Assembly (NCBI RefSeq): GCF_030144855.1
Contig: NC_082711.1
Location: 152,954,001 to 153,018,000 of the forward strand
Reading direction: 5' to 3'
Length of the DNA: 64,000 nucleotides
From: Hypanus sabinus
Lineage: Eukaryota
Under the pieces are notes generated by a model. It made no database searches and was not told the DNA's origin. It was given only the letters and a program-made list of their open reading frames with translations. Shown one piece after another: positions 62,721-64,000 of the stretch. How positions within the stretch are numbered: the stretch's first letter is position 1; each line of letters starts with the position of its first letter. A program made the translations under genes and the position numbers.

Positions 62721-64000
62721 ATACATAGTTGTTTCTCTAAATACAGATTTCCTGTGAACAATCAAGTCCACATACATGATATTAAAAAATATGTAGTAAG
62801 CTGGTGATACAAATAGCAGCAACAAATTATATGACGCAAATGCCAAAACCTCAATTCTCCAAGTTAATGGTGACATTTAGGATTGCAGGAAGTGAAAGCA
62901 AAGAGGTTCTTTAAATTTCAGCACTCATGGAAGTTTGTTCAGGAATAAAGGAAATGGCAGTGGAAAATAGATGCATAACTGTCTCAAAATGCACAATCAC
63001 AATATCAAAATAGTAACCATATTTTCCCTTGCTAATTAAACCTACTTGACTAAACTGCTTTAGGACCATGGGATCTTGATCCTGCAGCCACCTCATTGAT
63101 AATATTGAGTCATTTATCAGGGGGGAGAATCATGATTTGATAGCTGTATGAAAAGAAAATAAAACAATAAAACAGTTTAACATTTTACAGTGTCACTAAT
63201 CAGTATATCTTTAGATGAAGTTCATTAAAGCAAGATAGCAAATTCTTTAAACAATAGCCTAAAACACAAATGCAGGACAAGAAAATAACTTAGAAGTTCT
63301 TCTCTTTCTAATTATACCCAAGTTAATACTCTGTACTAAGATATTAGTAAAATTGTATTAACGGTTTGATGCTGAAATATTTAAGCAAAATCATAACCTT
63401 TACAGAAGGAAAGTTTAAAAAATGATCAAATATTGTACATTACTCAAATTCCCTGCATACCAAAAAATAAATGATAGAATTCCGAACTTGTGCAACTATA
63501 AATACCAAATTGTAGGTTTTTGTTCACATGATCCATATTGAATACGCTGTTTATGTCAGTACTATGGATTTCACCATACAGAAGTAAATTAAAATGGAAT
63601 GATACGTTGGGTTAATTTCCATGAGAAAAGGAGAATAGGCAGGTACTTGAATAAATGTAGTGTAGCAGTGTACTGTATTTTGTTATGCTCTTCACAAAGT
63701 GTTACGTAACAATTCCAATCATGCTTTCTTTCTTGGAAGTAATTCTTCCTGTTGGAAGAGCATTACTTTGAAGTCTTATTAAACAAATTTTATGTAAAGT
63801 TCATAAAATAGTGAAATCAAAAGTGTGCAAATATAAATATAAATTTATGCTCTTGCATTATGAATGCATTCTGGCCAAACTTTATATGAGCTAATCTGAT
63901 AAATGGTTAATCAACTTTTCAGTTTATGACTACTCCATTATCAGAGAGAATTGTTCTTTTACAAGAGCTTCGTGGTTACAAGATTGCACATGCAGGAATG

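Overview
Eukaryotic, repeat-rich vertebrate DNA. The repeat content (HE1/V-SINE-type SINEs, CR1, Rex-type and Penelope elements) suggests a cartilaginous fish, probably a ray or shark. Three protein-coding genes can be read. (1) The 5' part of a carbonic anhydrase 4-type gene on the minus strand: exons 18759-18810, 6899-6934 and 1827-1991, continuing off the left edge. (2) An intact, single-exon orphan class A GPCR of the MECA/lipid-receptor type at 37173-38150 (+). (3) A complete 5-exon ZNHIT3 at 52587-59541 (+, about 150 aa). The rest is mostly nested transposable elements: the 5' end of a BEL/Pao LTR element, three solo LTRs, CR1/Rex/Tx1/RTE LINE fragments, Penelope-like remnants, SINEs and a hAT MITE. 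The most interesting items are the divergent orphan GPCR between CA4 and ZNHIT3, a family of short Penelope-derived elements carrying a minimal hammerhead-ribozyme motif, a candidate 12-nt CA4 micro-exon, and a perfect 24-bp palindrome in a CNE-like block. Most ORFs in the supplied track are TE-derived or chance ORFs. All calls are by eye, without database searches, and repeat boundaries are approximate unless TSDs are quoted.
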